This document shows positions 11,868 to 19,630 of a stretch of 42,835 nucleotides of DNA, one piece after another (positions within the stretch are counted from its first letter, which is position 1; every line of letters begins with the position of its first letter). The translations under genes and the position numbers were made by a program. The notes below the pieces were generated by a model. The model was not told the DNA's origin, did no database searches, and was given only the letters and a program-made list of their open reading frames with translations. The stretch is taken from contig DASWNS010000222.1 in NCBI GenBank assembly GCA_036399115.1, positions 1 to 42,835 on the forward strand. Direction: 5' to 3'. The stretch is from Pyrinomonadaceae bacterium (GTDB lineage: Bacteria; Acidobacteriota; Blastocatellia; Pyrinomonadales; Pyrinomonadaceae).

Positions 11868-12260
11868 ATGAAGAAAGCCTTCTCACTAAGTCTTTGCCTC
11901 ATCGTATGCGCCTTCACTGCCGACGCTCAAACGCGTACTTCTCAGACACGTACCTCTCAGGCACGCAGACCGAGCACGGGCGGCACGCCTTACCAGCGAC
12001 CGCAGACCGACAAGCGCCCCCAGACCGACAGGCGACCGCAGCCCACTCACGGTGGCACGCCGTACGAGCGGAGCGCGCCGGGCGGAACTCCCTACGGCGC
12101 GCCGTGGTTAGGTAAAAGACCCAGCACAGGCGGCACTCCGCCCAGAAGACCGCAGAACACGGCGGGCGGCACGCCTGCGCGCACGCCTAATACCGCCGGC
12201 GGAACTCCATATCGCCCCACGCCGAGGCCGAGCGCGAAATCTTCGCGCGGGCGATACTGA
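11868..12260 (+). CDS. Secreted low-complexity repeat protein (GGTPY repeats)
   Basis: The signal peptide is MKKAFSLSLCLIVCAFTADA. GGTP(Y/P/A) then appears seven times, interleaved with RPQTD repeats. The RBS GGAGGAATGAAATG is present. Confidence 0.6.
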   Translation: MKKAFSLSLCLIVCAFTADAQTRTSQTRTSQARRPSTGGTPYQRPQTDKRPQTDRRPQPTHGGTPYERSAPGGTPYGAPWLGKRPSTGGTPPRRPQNTAGGTPARTPNTAGGTPYRPTPRPSAKSSRGRY

Positions 12261-12390
12261 GTTTCCGTCTGTGTCCTAACGGCGAAGCTACGCAAAATTC
12301 CCGCTTTCCGGGCAAAGTCTAAAACCTGTTTTTTCTATTCACGCTTCACGGCTTCCAGAGCGAATTTCAATTGAGTGTAAGTAGAAGCAG

Positions 12391-12479
12391 TCACCACAGA
12401 GACACAGAGCACACAAAGGGGGCACAGAGATCATTCAAGTCTCTGTGCCCCCTCCGTGTGCTCTGTGTCTCTGTGGTGA
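12391..12479. repeat. Near-perfect 40-nt-arm hairpin
   Basis: Arm 12391-12430 is TCACCACAGAGACACAGAGCACACAAAGGGGGCACAGAGA. The loop is 12431-12439. Arm 12440-12479 is TCTCTGTGCCCCCTCCGTGTGCTCTGTGTCTCTGTGGTGA. There are only 2 mismatches. Confidence 0.85.
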
Positions 12480-12516
12480 ACTTATGTCCCCTACATTCAA
12501 CTGAAACCTGCTCTAG

Positions 12517-12546
12517 TCAGTGTTGCACTTCAAACTTGATGTCAGG
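12517..12546 (+). repeat. 30-nt repeat copy 1, IS6-terminal-repeat-like (TCAGTGTTGCACTTCAAACTTGATGTCAGG)
   Basis: Matches 17861-17890 at 28 of 30 positions, in direct orientation. The core CAGTGTTGCA resembles the GGCAGTGTTGCAAA termini of the IS6-family copies in this window. Confidence 0.7.
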
Positions 12547-12593
12547 TTTCGTTCCTTACGGTCATTCATTGCGTGGACGCTCACCCTTATCTT

Positions 12594-12986
12594 CTAAAAC
12601 ACTCCATCCCAAGGATGAGGCAAAAGGTCGCGGAGCTGCACTGCTTTAGCGTGGCCTAGTATAACTTCTGTATGATCCATGTTGCTTTCATCAATCTGAT
12701 GCATTAACTCCCTGCAACGGCCACACGGCGGAAGAATCGTGCCATCACCCAGGACAGCTACGATCTTCCTGATGCTCTGTTCGCCATGCGTTACCATGGA
12801 CGCAATTGCGCTGTGTTCGGCACAAAACCCGATCCCTGCCACAGCATCGATGCATACACCCACGTGGAGATTGCCCTTCTCGGTAAGCAGGGCACACCCC
12901 ACGTCGCCGACAAAGAGTCCGTGTGCAATCTTTCTCGGATTGACCACAGCTTGAGCCTTCTGAATTAATTCGTCGTTCGTCATCAT
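12594..12986 (-). CDS. Cytidine-deaminase-fold protein, blasticidin-S-deaminase-like
   Basis: 130 aa. Zinc motifs FCAEHSAI and PPCGRCRELM are present. It lacks the NxEN ribose-binding motif of true cytidine deaminases (it reads VCIDAVAG). Size and layout match the 130-aa BSD type. Confidence 0.75.
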   Translation of the reverse strand: MMTNDELIQKAQAVVNPRKIAHGLFVGDVGCALLTEKGNLHVGVCIDAVAGIGFCAEHSAIASMVTHGEQSIRKIVAVLGDGTILPPCGRCRELMHQIDESNMDHTEVILGHAKAVQLRDLLPHPWDGVF

Positions 12987-13115
12987 TCTATTTTGTGTGT
13001 CCTGACATTCGACAGAAATTAACGTCCGGCATCACCCGTCCACTGCTGACATAGATCATGAGAGCCGCACTGCTGCGGGTCGGGGGCACGCCGTTGTTAG
13101 GCCGCCGGGCGGAAA

Positions 13116-13574
13116 TCAGCGGCCTCTGACGGTGTTGTGGTCTTGCATGATTAGCCACCGGCCGCCTCGCTTCACCACGACGAAAGTCCTGATCTGCCGC
13201 TCGTTCTCGTGCTTGATTCCATCGGGCGTTGTGTAGGTACTGACTCTGCTAGGCACGGTCACGACCGCCACTGCAGGTGTGGCGAAACGAACCGACATCT
13301 CCTCAGGTGTGTCGGAGACGCCTTTGAGGAATGTGGAGTGGACTTCCTTCACCTCTTTGAGCACCGCTTCCCGCCCACGCGTCCAGCCGCCTGCCGGATT
13401 GATGTGGTTCCAGTCTTCCGTCGTGTATTCCGCCGCACGACCGAAATCATCCGAACTGAAGGCGTCGTAGAATGCTTGCACTGCTTGACGTACCTTTTTT
13501 TCCTTGCCAGATGTCTGAGCGAAAACACCACTGACGCAACACAGACATATTAAGGCAGACAGCAGAAGTCTCAT
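13116..13574 (-). CDS. Secreted NTF2-like (SnoaL/DUF4440-type) protein
   Basis: Starts at the ATG at 13574 with signal peptide MRLLLSALICLCCVSGVFAQ. AVQAFYDAFSSDDFGRAAEYTTEDW ... VVVKRGGRWLIMQDHNT is typical of the DUF4440/SgcJ fold. Confidence 0.7.
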   Translation of the reverse strand: MRLLLSALICLCCVSGVFAQTSGKEKKVRQAVQAFYDAFSSDDFGRAAEYTTEDWNHINPAGGWTRGREAVLKEVKEVHSTFLKGVSDTPEEMSVRFATPAVAVVTVPSRVSTYTTPDGIKHENERQIRTFVVVKRGGRWLIMQDHNTVRGR

Positions 13575-13848
13575 ATTTGTCCCTTCGCCTTTAGTTATAG
13601 GCGGACTAACGACCGAATTAACCGGCGAGCAATCAATGTTGAAGATGAAAGACCTGCTGATTGCGAGTCCGGTTGAATGAGTTATAGGTTGACGAGGTTC
13701 ATACTTCAACTCCGATTCGCTAGAGTTGGAGCGGGGAAAGAACGTGCCGGGCGGGGTGACGAATCTTGAATGAAAGACGCTTCTCGACGCCTCTAACAAC
13801 CTCTTCGCACACCCGCCCGTTTGCTTTAGCTCGACAACGAACTCTTAG

Positions 13849-15319
13849 ATGATGCGCGCCTCGGCGGCTCACTATAACTATTTCGCAGGGCTAAGGCCAG
13901 CATGTTCTCCGCACTTGTTGACTCTCTTCCCGGAGGACTGCCAGGACTCAATACGCTGCCCGCATCGGCATCGACTGGTCTGATCGTAAGCATGACATCT
14001 GTCCCATCGACTTGGCGACAGGAGAGACTCAGGCTTCCATCCTTTCTCACTCGCCGCAGACCATTGACGAGTGGGCGACGGCTCTCAGAGCACGCTTTGG
14101 CGGACGCCAACTCGCCCTCTGCCTGGAGCAGGCGCGTGGCCCTCTCATCTATGCCCTGATGAAGTATGACTTCCTGACTCTCTACCCTGTCAACCCCTCG
14201 ACCCTCGCTCGTTACCGCCAAGCCTTCTCGCCATCGCGCCATAAGGACGACGCGCCGGACGCCGCTTACCTCGCCGAGTTACTCCTCCACCACTGTGAAC
14301 ACCTGCGGGCGTGGCGGCCTGATGATGAACAGACGCGCACGCTTCGCTATCTGGTCGAGCATCGCCGCCGTCTGGTTTCTGACCGCACTCGCCTCAGCAA
14401 CCGGATGACCTCGCGCTTGAAGTGCTATTTTCCGCAAGTTCTGGACTGGTTCCCTGACATCCGCACTGACTTGGTCTGCAACTTCTTGCTCCGCTGGCCT
14501 GCACTGGAGGCATTGCGGCGGGTCAGACGTGAAACCCTCGTCAAGTTCTTCCAGGAGCATCACTCTCTCAGGAGGGAGACTATCCAGAAGCGAGTGGAAG
14601 CCATCAAGCAGAGTCCGCCACTCACGACAGACCGCGCCGTGCTCAGTTCTTCAGTCGTCATGAGCAAGGCGCTTGCTGCGCAGATGAAGGCCACGCTCGC
14701 TGCGAGCAAAGAGTTCGACACGGAGATCGCAGTCCATCTGTTCGATGCATCAAGACTTTATGCTCTTCAAGCGCCTGCCCGGGGTGGGTCACGTTTATGC
14801 TTCCCGCCTAGTCGTCGCCTTCGGCAGCGACCGGGAGCGATGGCAATCAGCCGATGAAGTGGCGCAACTCTCCGGCATCGCGCCCGTCATTGAGAGAAGC
14901 GGGAAGAGGTGCCGGGTGCGGTGGCGCTACTTCTGTCCGAAGTTCCTGCGCCAGAGCTTTCACGAATATGCGGGAGAGTCGGTCAGGCATTCGTTCTGGG
15001 CCAGAGCTTATTACGAGCAGCAACGCGCAAAGGGTAAGAGCCATCAAGCGGCGGTGCGGGCGCTCTCATTCAAGTGGATCAGGATCATCTTCAGATGCTG
15101 GCAGACAAGAACTGCTTATGATGAGGTGAAGTACTTGGAGAGCTTGCGCAGAAAAGGGTCAACGCTACTCATTTATGCGGCGAATAATCCGGCCTGATTA
15201 AGAGTTTTTCCTTGACTCGTCATCCTCAGATGGGTTGTCAGGCCGCGCGTCAAGCACACGCTGGACAACCTCACTTACGCACTCGTCAGATGAAAATCCC
15301 GCCGCGTTCATGATGCGCG
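13849..15319 (+). mobile_element. IS110-family insertion sequence, decayed (copy 1)
   Basis: Bracketed by the 10-mer ATGATGCGCG at 13849-13858 and 15310-15319, 1461 bp apart. It contains the broken recombinase gene listed next. Confidence 0.7.
13902..15197 (+). pseudogene. IS110-family (DEDD) transposase, at least two frameshifts
   Basis: Three frames must be joined. First, MFSALVDSLPGGLPGLN (13902 frame). Second, AARIGIDWSDRKHDIC...EFDTEIAVHLFD (14012 frame; it has no start of its own). Third, HQDFMLFKRLPGVGHVYASRLVVAFGSDRERW...YYEQQRAKGKSHQAAVRALSFKW (14745 frame). Confidence 0.8.
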
Positions 15320-15320
15320 A

Positions 15321-15740
15321 CTAACCCCTTTTACCTTTATGACGTTTCCTCTTGGATTTGCCTCCACCTGCGTCGCCCTTCGCTGAATTTGCGCCTGCAA
15401 CTTCTTCCCCGCCCTTAGAGTTATACCTCAGACAGTCGAATATCTTCAGCGAGTCAATGACCTTCACCGAGTCGATATCATCGTGGAACTTCAACTCGCG
15501 GAGGTCCGCAACCTCGTCATTAGGACCAAAAGTCACCAATTCATCTCTGAAGTTCTGGTCGCGATAAGCCAGGACGAAGGCATTCGGCCCCACCCGCAGA
15601 CTTCCTATGTCATCACCCCAATCGCCTTGAACGAAACGCAGGTTTGGATGCTCAGCCGGGCCGTAGATGCGAATCACTTCGCCCTTGAAGTTTACGTCCC
15701 GCCACACTTCTATAAAACAATCGCTGGATGTTTCTTGCAT
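15321..15740 (-). CDS. Beta/gamma-crystallin-like domain protein with basic C-terminal tail
   Basis: Two Greek-key signatures are present: WRDVNFKG ... IGSLRV and YRDQNFRD ... IDSVKV. No signal peptide. The tail reads GGGKSKRKRHKGKRG. Confidence 0.65.
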   Translation of the reverse strand: MQETSSDCFIEVWRDVNFKGEVIRIYGPAEHPNLRFVQGDWGDDIGSLRVGPNAFVLAYRDQNFRDELVTFGPNDEVADLRELKFHDDIDSVKVIDSLKIFDCLRYNSKGGEEVAGANSAKGDAGGGKSKRKRHKGKRG

Positions 15741-15835
15741 AAACTTTATCCCGACGGCATCTCCTCAAATCACGTGCGGGTACACTGCATTATCTGACAA
15801 ACTTATGTTTAAAAACTGCGGTCGCCCGGTGGCCT

Positions 15836-17740
15836 CTAGCGGCGCAACGACACGTACTCGACGCTCTTCGACTCGCCGAAGAGCACGCGCAGGCTCCTCA
15901 CCCCGTGTGTCTCCTGGGGTAGTTCCCCGGCCACAGCGACACCAATCCGACCGATAGCTTCGCCGATGGACTTTCGCTCCGCCGGGGTCGCCTTCGAGTA
16001 GCCCGGCCCGAGGTTGATGGCCACGGTCATCTGCCCGTCCCGAGCGGCCTTTGTGATGCGACCGGCGAGCGAGGACGCGATGGTGGCCGGGTCTGCGAAG
16101 TCGTCCGGGTCGCTTCCGACGGGGTTCGGCATGAGATCGTACTCGGTCGCCGCGGCTGCGCCTGCCGCCACCGCGCGAGCCATTACTTCCCGGTCAACGC
16201 GGGCGGTCCCGGCTTCTGGCCCCGCATGGGGAACGGGGCGGGGCTTCTCCTTCGGGATCGGGTGAGCAACGAGGTTCACGCTCGCGAGGATGTCGTCTTC
16301 GCCCTTGGACGGTGTCGGCGGGACATTGTCGTCGTAGGGACCGGGTTCGTTCCTTATGTCCGAAAGGTTAGGGCCTATGCCGACGATCACTCCGGGGATG
16401 CCGGTACCCTTGCGGATGAACTCAGGCCAGACCTCGCGCGTGTGATGCTTCAGCGATCTGGCGGGGTCGAACTTGCCTTTGTTGTCCTGTGGCTTGTTGA
16501 CCGCGCCGACCTGGTCGATGTGCGTGTCAAAATGGTTGCCGGGACCGACCGATATGTGAAGGCTGCCGTCCTCCGTGTTGAACTCACGGAGCGAGTCCTG
16601 CCCTCTGTGAAGTAGCGCCGCCCACCACGGATCAAGCCCGAACTTGCCGGACTCGAAGAGCCCTATCACAAGCGCCGTCGCGTTGTGGGACTCGAATCCG
16701 ATGCCGCCAGCGCTGCCTGCGACTATGGCGCGACCGCCATACGCCTTCCGCTCCGGCTTGTCGTGCTCGCCACGAATCTTCGCGACATGCTTCCACAGGC
16801 CGAGCGCCGACAGCCGGTTGTAGGCCTCCGACAGGCTGATCTTCTGGCGTGTTTCGAGTCCTGCCCAGAACACGTCAGGCCAGTCGAACGACTTCGCGAG
16901 CACCTCCTTCAGAGGCCCCGGCAGCGAGTCGAAGTCCTGCCGCGCCGCGGCGTTCGCCTTCTCGCCTCCCCCCGTATCCCCTTCGTTGTCGTCGCGTTCT
17001 CTCCCCGCGACGCGCTCCATCACTTCCTCGTCGAACAGATCGACTTGCCCCTCGGGCTTGGGTTGTCGTTGGACGGCGCTCGATGAGGAACCGGCCCCGG
17101 TCGGAGGGAAACCGTCGAGCAACTCTCGTGCGGACTCGCCGCGAACGACTCGATCGGCGATGGCGTCGGCGTTCCGCTCGTACGCGTCGCCGGACCGACC
17201 GACGCCCCTCTCAAGCCGAACTCCGTGCCGCTGCTGCACGACGTGCGCGGCCTCGTGTGCTGCGGTGCGGAGACTGGGCTCGGTGCCAAAGGCCACACTG
17301 TCCCCGACGGTGTATGCCTCCGCCTCCAAGTTCCGTGCAGCCGCTGCCGCGCGGCTCCCGACGTAGGCCCTCACTTGAGTGAGATGATGCCCGGGGCCGA
17401 AAGATTGCTGGATCCGGTTCAGATAGGGCAGAGGGGCGGCGTTACCGGCGGTCCCATTCCGGGCGACCCGGTGTATGTCCTCCGCACGTGCTTTGGGATA
17501 CAGCGGAATCCGGCTGAAATCATGTCCGGGACGACCAATCCCGGTCGAATCGGAAACGGCGCCGAGTCCCTCAGGTTTAGCTTGCAGTGGCCGCCGCCCG
17601 GCTTGAGTCCCGCTCGTGCCCTGTAGGTGAAGGCTAGAGTTTAGCTCACGATTTTGCGCAAACTGCGCGCGACCGGGTGCCGTAGATTCGGCAGACGTAT
17701 TCTGCTGAGTTGCCGTTGGTATTTGTGCGAACGTCTGCAT
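15836..17740 (-). CDS. DUF4157-domain (HExxH, polymorphic-toxin-type N-terminal module) protein with unrecognised C-terminal 400 aa
   Basis: GHDFSRIPLYP ... IQQSFGPGHHLTQVRAYVG ... AEAYTVGDSVAFG ... AAHEAAHVVQQ matches the DUF4157 consensus as I know it. The RBS AAGGAAA lies before the ATG at 17740. Confidence 0.8.
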   Translation of the reverse strand: MQTFAQIPTATQQNTSAESTAPGRAQFAQNRELNSSLHLQGTSGTQAGRRPLQAKPEGLGAVSDSTGIGRPGHDFSRIPLYPKARAEDIHRVARNGTAGNAAPLPYLNRIQQSFGPGHHLTQVRAYVGSRAAAAARNLEAEAYTVGDSVAFGTEPSLRTAAHEAAHVVQQRHGVRLERGVGRSGDAYERNADAIADRVVRGESARELLDGFPPTGAGSSSSAVQRQPKPEGQVDLFDEEVMERVAGRERDDNEGDTGGGEKANAAARQDFDSLPGPLKEVLAKSFDWPDVFWAGLETRQKISLSEAYNRLSALGLWKHVAKIRGEHDKPERKAYGGRAIVAGSAGGIGFESHNATALVIGLFESGKFGLDPWWAALLHRGQDSLREFNTEDGSLHISVGPGNHFDTHIDQVGAVNKPQDNKGKFDPARSLKHHTREVWPEFIRKGTGIPGVIVGIGPNLSDIRNEPGPYDDNVPPTPSKGEDDILASVNLVAHPIPKEKPRPVPHAGPEAGTARVDREVMARAVAAGAAAATEYDLMPNPVGSDPDDFADPATIASSLAGRITKAARDGQMTVAINLGPGYSKATPAERKSIGEAIGRIGVAVAGELPQETHGVRSLRVLFGESKSVEYVSLRR

Positions 17741-17860
17741 GGTTAATTTCCTTATCTTTTATTTCGAAGCCTAACGCTCCACATTCGCCCGCATGCTCAA
17801 GACATCCCCCGGAAGCCGCTCGGCTTCAGGACGCCGCACGAATGCTTCAACGAGTCCTAA

Positions 17861-17890
17861 TCAGCGTTGCACTTCAAAGTTGATGTCAGG
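17861..17890 (+). repeat. 30-nt repeat copy 2 (TCAGCGTTGCACTTCAAAGTTGATGTCAGG)
   Basis: Direct repeat of 12517-12546. It lies about 50 nt before the left end of the IS6 remnant. Confidence 0.7.
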
Positions 17891-17941
17891 CCGCCTCGGT
17901 GCGTGCCACGAATCGTTCATAGTATCGGGGCGACGCATTCA

Positions 17942-18430
17942 GGGACAGTGTTGCAAAAATAGCCATTCGGGTATTATCTCACCCTCCCGCTCTGTCGACT
18001 GCTCTTAACAAGTCTCCACATGAAGCATAACTCCACACCATTCAGAGGGCGGCATTTCGAGCCCGAACTCATCTTACTTTGTGTGAAATGGTACTGTCGG
18101 TACCAACTTTCTTATCGTGATGTTGAAGAGATGATGCATGAGCGCGGACTCGATGTAGATCACTCGACGGTGTTTCGTTGGGTACAGAGATACGCTTCGG
18201 AGATCAACAAGCGAATCAGCCCTCATTAGGAAGGTGATGAGGGCTGAACATCGTCGCCTGCCATTCTCCATCAGTGTCGATAAGAACGCTCCTTACCCGG
18301 AAACCTTCAGCGCTTCACAAGCGGAACGGGTTGTGCCGCAGGATTACGCATTAAGACGGGTGAAATATCTGAACAACGTAATCGAATGGGATCATCGGTT
18401 CATCAAGAAGAAGGTTCGGGCATCACGATT
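17942..18430 (+). mobile_element. IS6-family element remnant (left end, internally deleted and 3'-truncated transposase)
   Basis: The terminal repeat is GGGACAGTGTTGCAAAAAT at 17942. The transposase N-terminus reads MKHNSTPFRGRHFEPELILLCVKWYCRYQLSYRDVEEMMHERGLDVDHSTVFRWVQRYASEINKR. The frame then jumps straight to MMRAEHRRLPFSISVDKNAPYPE...NNVIEWDHRFIKKKVRAS. About 50 codons are missing relative to the copy at 22775-23489, including the VDETY and RAVD acidic residues. Homology stops near 18428. Confidence 0.8.
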
Positions 18431-18939
18431 ACGGTGCGTGCGTGAGCGGTTAGTTCCTCTCGCTGCTCTGCACTCAGATACTTATAGCCACGGATCAATC
18501 CGAAGCAATTGGCCGCCCCGCAATTGCAGGTGAAAGGCGCGGCCATTTCATACTCCGTCGTTAAATAATTAAAAGTACACTCCTCTCCCTGACCGATCTT
18601 TCTCAACGGGCGAAAGGTCACGCTCGCAGTATTGATCTCACTGTTCGGCTGACAGCTATGGTTCAAGTACTTCCAGAAAAAATTCTGGTTCTGAGTTACC
18701 TCTTGGTCGGGCGGGACACTTAGATGCTTGTCCTCGCCCAACTGGATAGAATGTCTAGTGGGATGACTGGTGATCACGCCTTCTAGCTTGATGACCGAAT
18801 TCATCGCGATCTCTTCTTTGGCGAAGACACCTCTAAACCCGTTCTTTTCCCGAATCTCTATTTTTAAACTTTCCGGCTTGCCAGCGTCAGTTCCGCCAAA
18901 TACTGGCACGACGATGAAAGTATTGCGCATAACTATCAT
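18403..18939 (-). CDS. SET-domain protein (putative protein-lysine methyltransferase)
   Basis: The motif NHSCQPN is present, followed by FNYLTTEYE and the post-SET-like CNCGAANC. The last 10 or so codons (VIVMPEPSS) are read from the antisense of the IS6 remnant. Confidence 0.8.
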   Translation of the reverse strand: MIVMRNTFIVVPVFGGTDAGKPESLKIEIREKNGFRGVFAKEEIAMNSVIKLEGVITSHPTRHSIQLGEDKHLSVPPDQEVTQNQNFFWKYLNHSCQPNSEINTASVTFRPLRKIGQGEECTFNYLTTEYEMAAPFTCNCGAANCFGLIRGYKYLSAEQREELTAHARTVIVMPEPSS

Positions 18940-19076
18940 CTGTCCTTTCGACCATCAATCTCTCTACTTAATGCGCTTGGCGATGAAAAAAGTATCATGC
19001 CAGCCATTTTTATTTGCTCCCGGGACATTATTTGTTCCTCTTCCATTAGCGCATTAGCTGCACCCGAACCGGCAGG

Positions 19077-19251
19077 GCAGTGTTGCGAGAATTATTTTAG
19101 AGCGCAGAAGGTCACAAGTGACTCTCATCAAGCGGCCATCAGAAACAGCGAAGGGACAGGCGAAGTTTGTCGCTTCGTTGTTTCAGATTGCTGCCTGAGG
19201 AAAAGCAGCTTGTCACTTTCTGCGCTCTAAAATAATTCTCGCAACACTACC
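19077..19251. mobile_element. IS6-derived palindromic mini-element (two right ends, tail to tail)
   Basis: 19077- reads GGCAGTGTTGCGAGAATTATTTTAGAGCGCAGAAGGTCAC. The sequence ending at 19251 is its inverted copy, GTCACTTTCTGCGCTCTAAAATAATTCTCGCAACACTACC. Each half also carries the last codons of an IS6 transposase (GQAKFVASLFQIAA-stop on the right half). Confidence 0.75.
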
Positions 19252-19326
19252 GCCGGGAGGAGTTTTTATTGTGGCTCGTTTTGGGAGCGCCATCCTCCCA
19301 GCCAGTGTTTGCTCTTCAAGCTTAAG

Positions 19327-19605
19327 CTACTTGCGTGAGCGGCCTCCCTTCGAAGTCTTCGACTTGCCACCGGTTTGTTGGTTGCGTGTAATCACCTCCA
19401 ACGCATTGTTGTAGATGCCCGGGCTGAGTGACGGCTGCCCCGTGCCCAATAACCATTCCTCAATGGGCGGCTTCCGCTCAGCGGCAACCACCGGCGCGGC
19501 GAGCGACCCCGGTAATGACAACGCTCCGGCGGTCATTGCCAGCCCGACCAGAGAAGCACCGGTTAGACCGAGAAACTCTCGGCGGTTAGTTTTTCGTGCC
19601 TTCAT
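19327..19605 (-). CDS. Small Tat-signal protein with basic C-terminal tail
   Basis: The ATG at 19605 follows the strong RBS GAGGAGG. MKARKTNRREFLGLTGASLVGLAMTAGA is a twin-arginine signal. The tail reads TGGKSKTSKGGRSRK. Confidence 0.6.
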   Translation of the reverse strand: MKARKTNRREFLGLTGASLVGLAMTAGALSLPGSLAAPVVAAERKPPIEEWLLGTGQPSLSPGIYNNALEVITRNQQTGGKSKTSKGGRSRK

Positions 19606-19630
19606 GTCTACCTCCTCATTTGTCAACAGA

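Noticed and set aside
13826-14242. 138-aa minus-strand ORF.
   Set aside because: It overlaps the N-terminal part of the IS110 recombinase pseudogene on the opposite strand, and nothing in it is recognisable.
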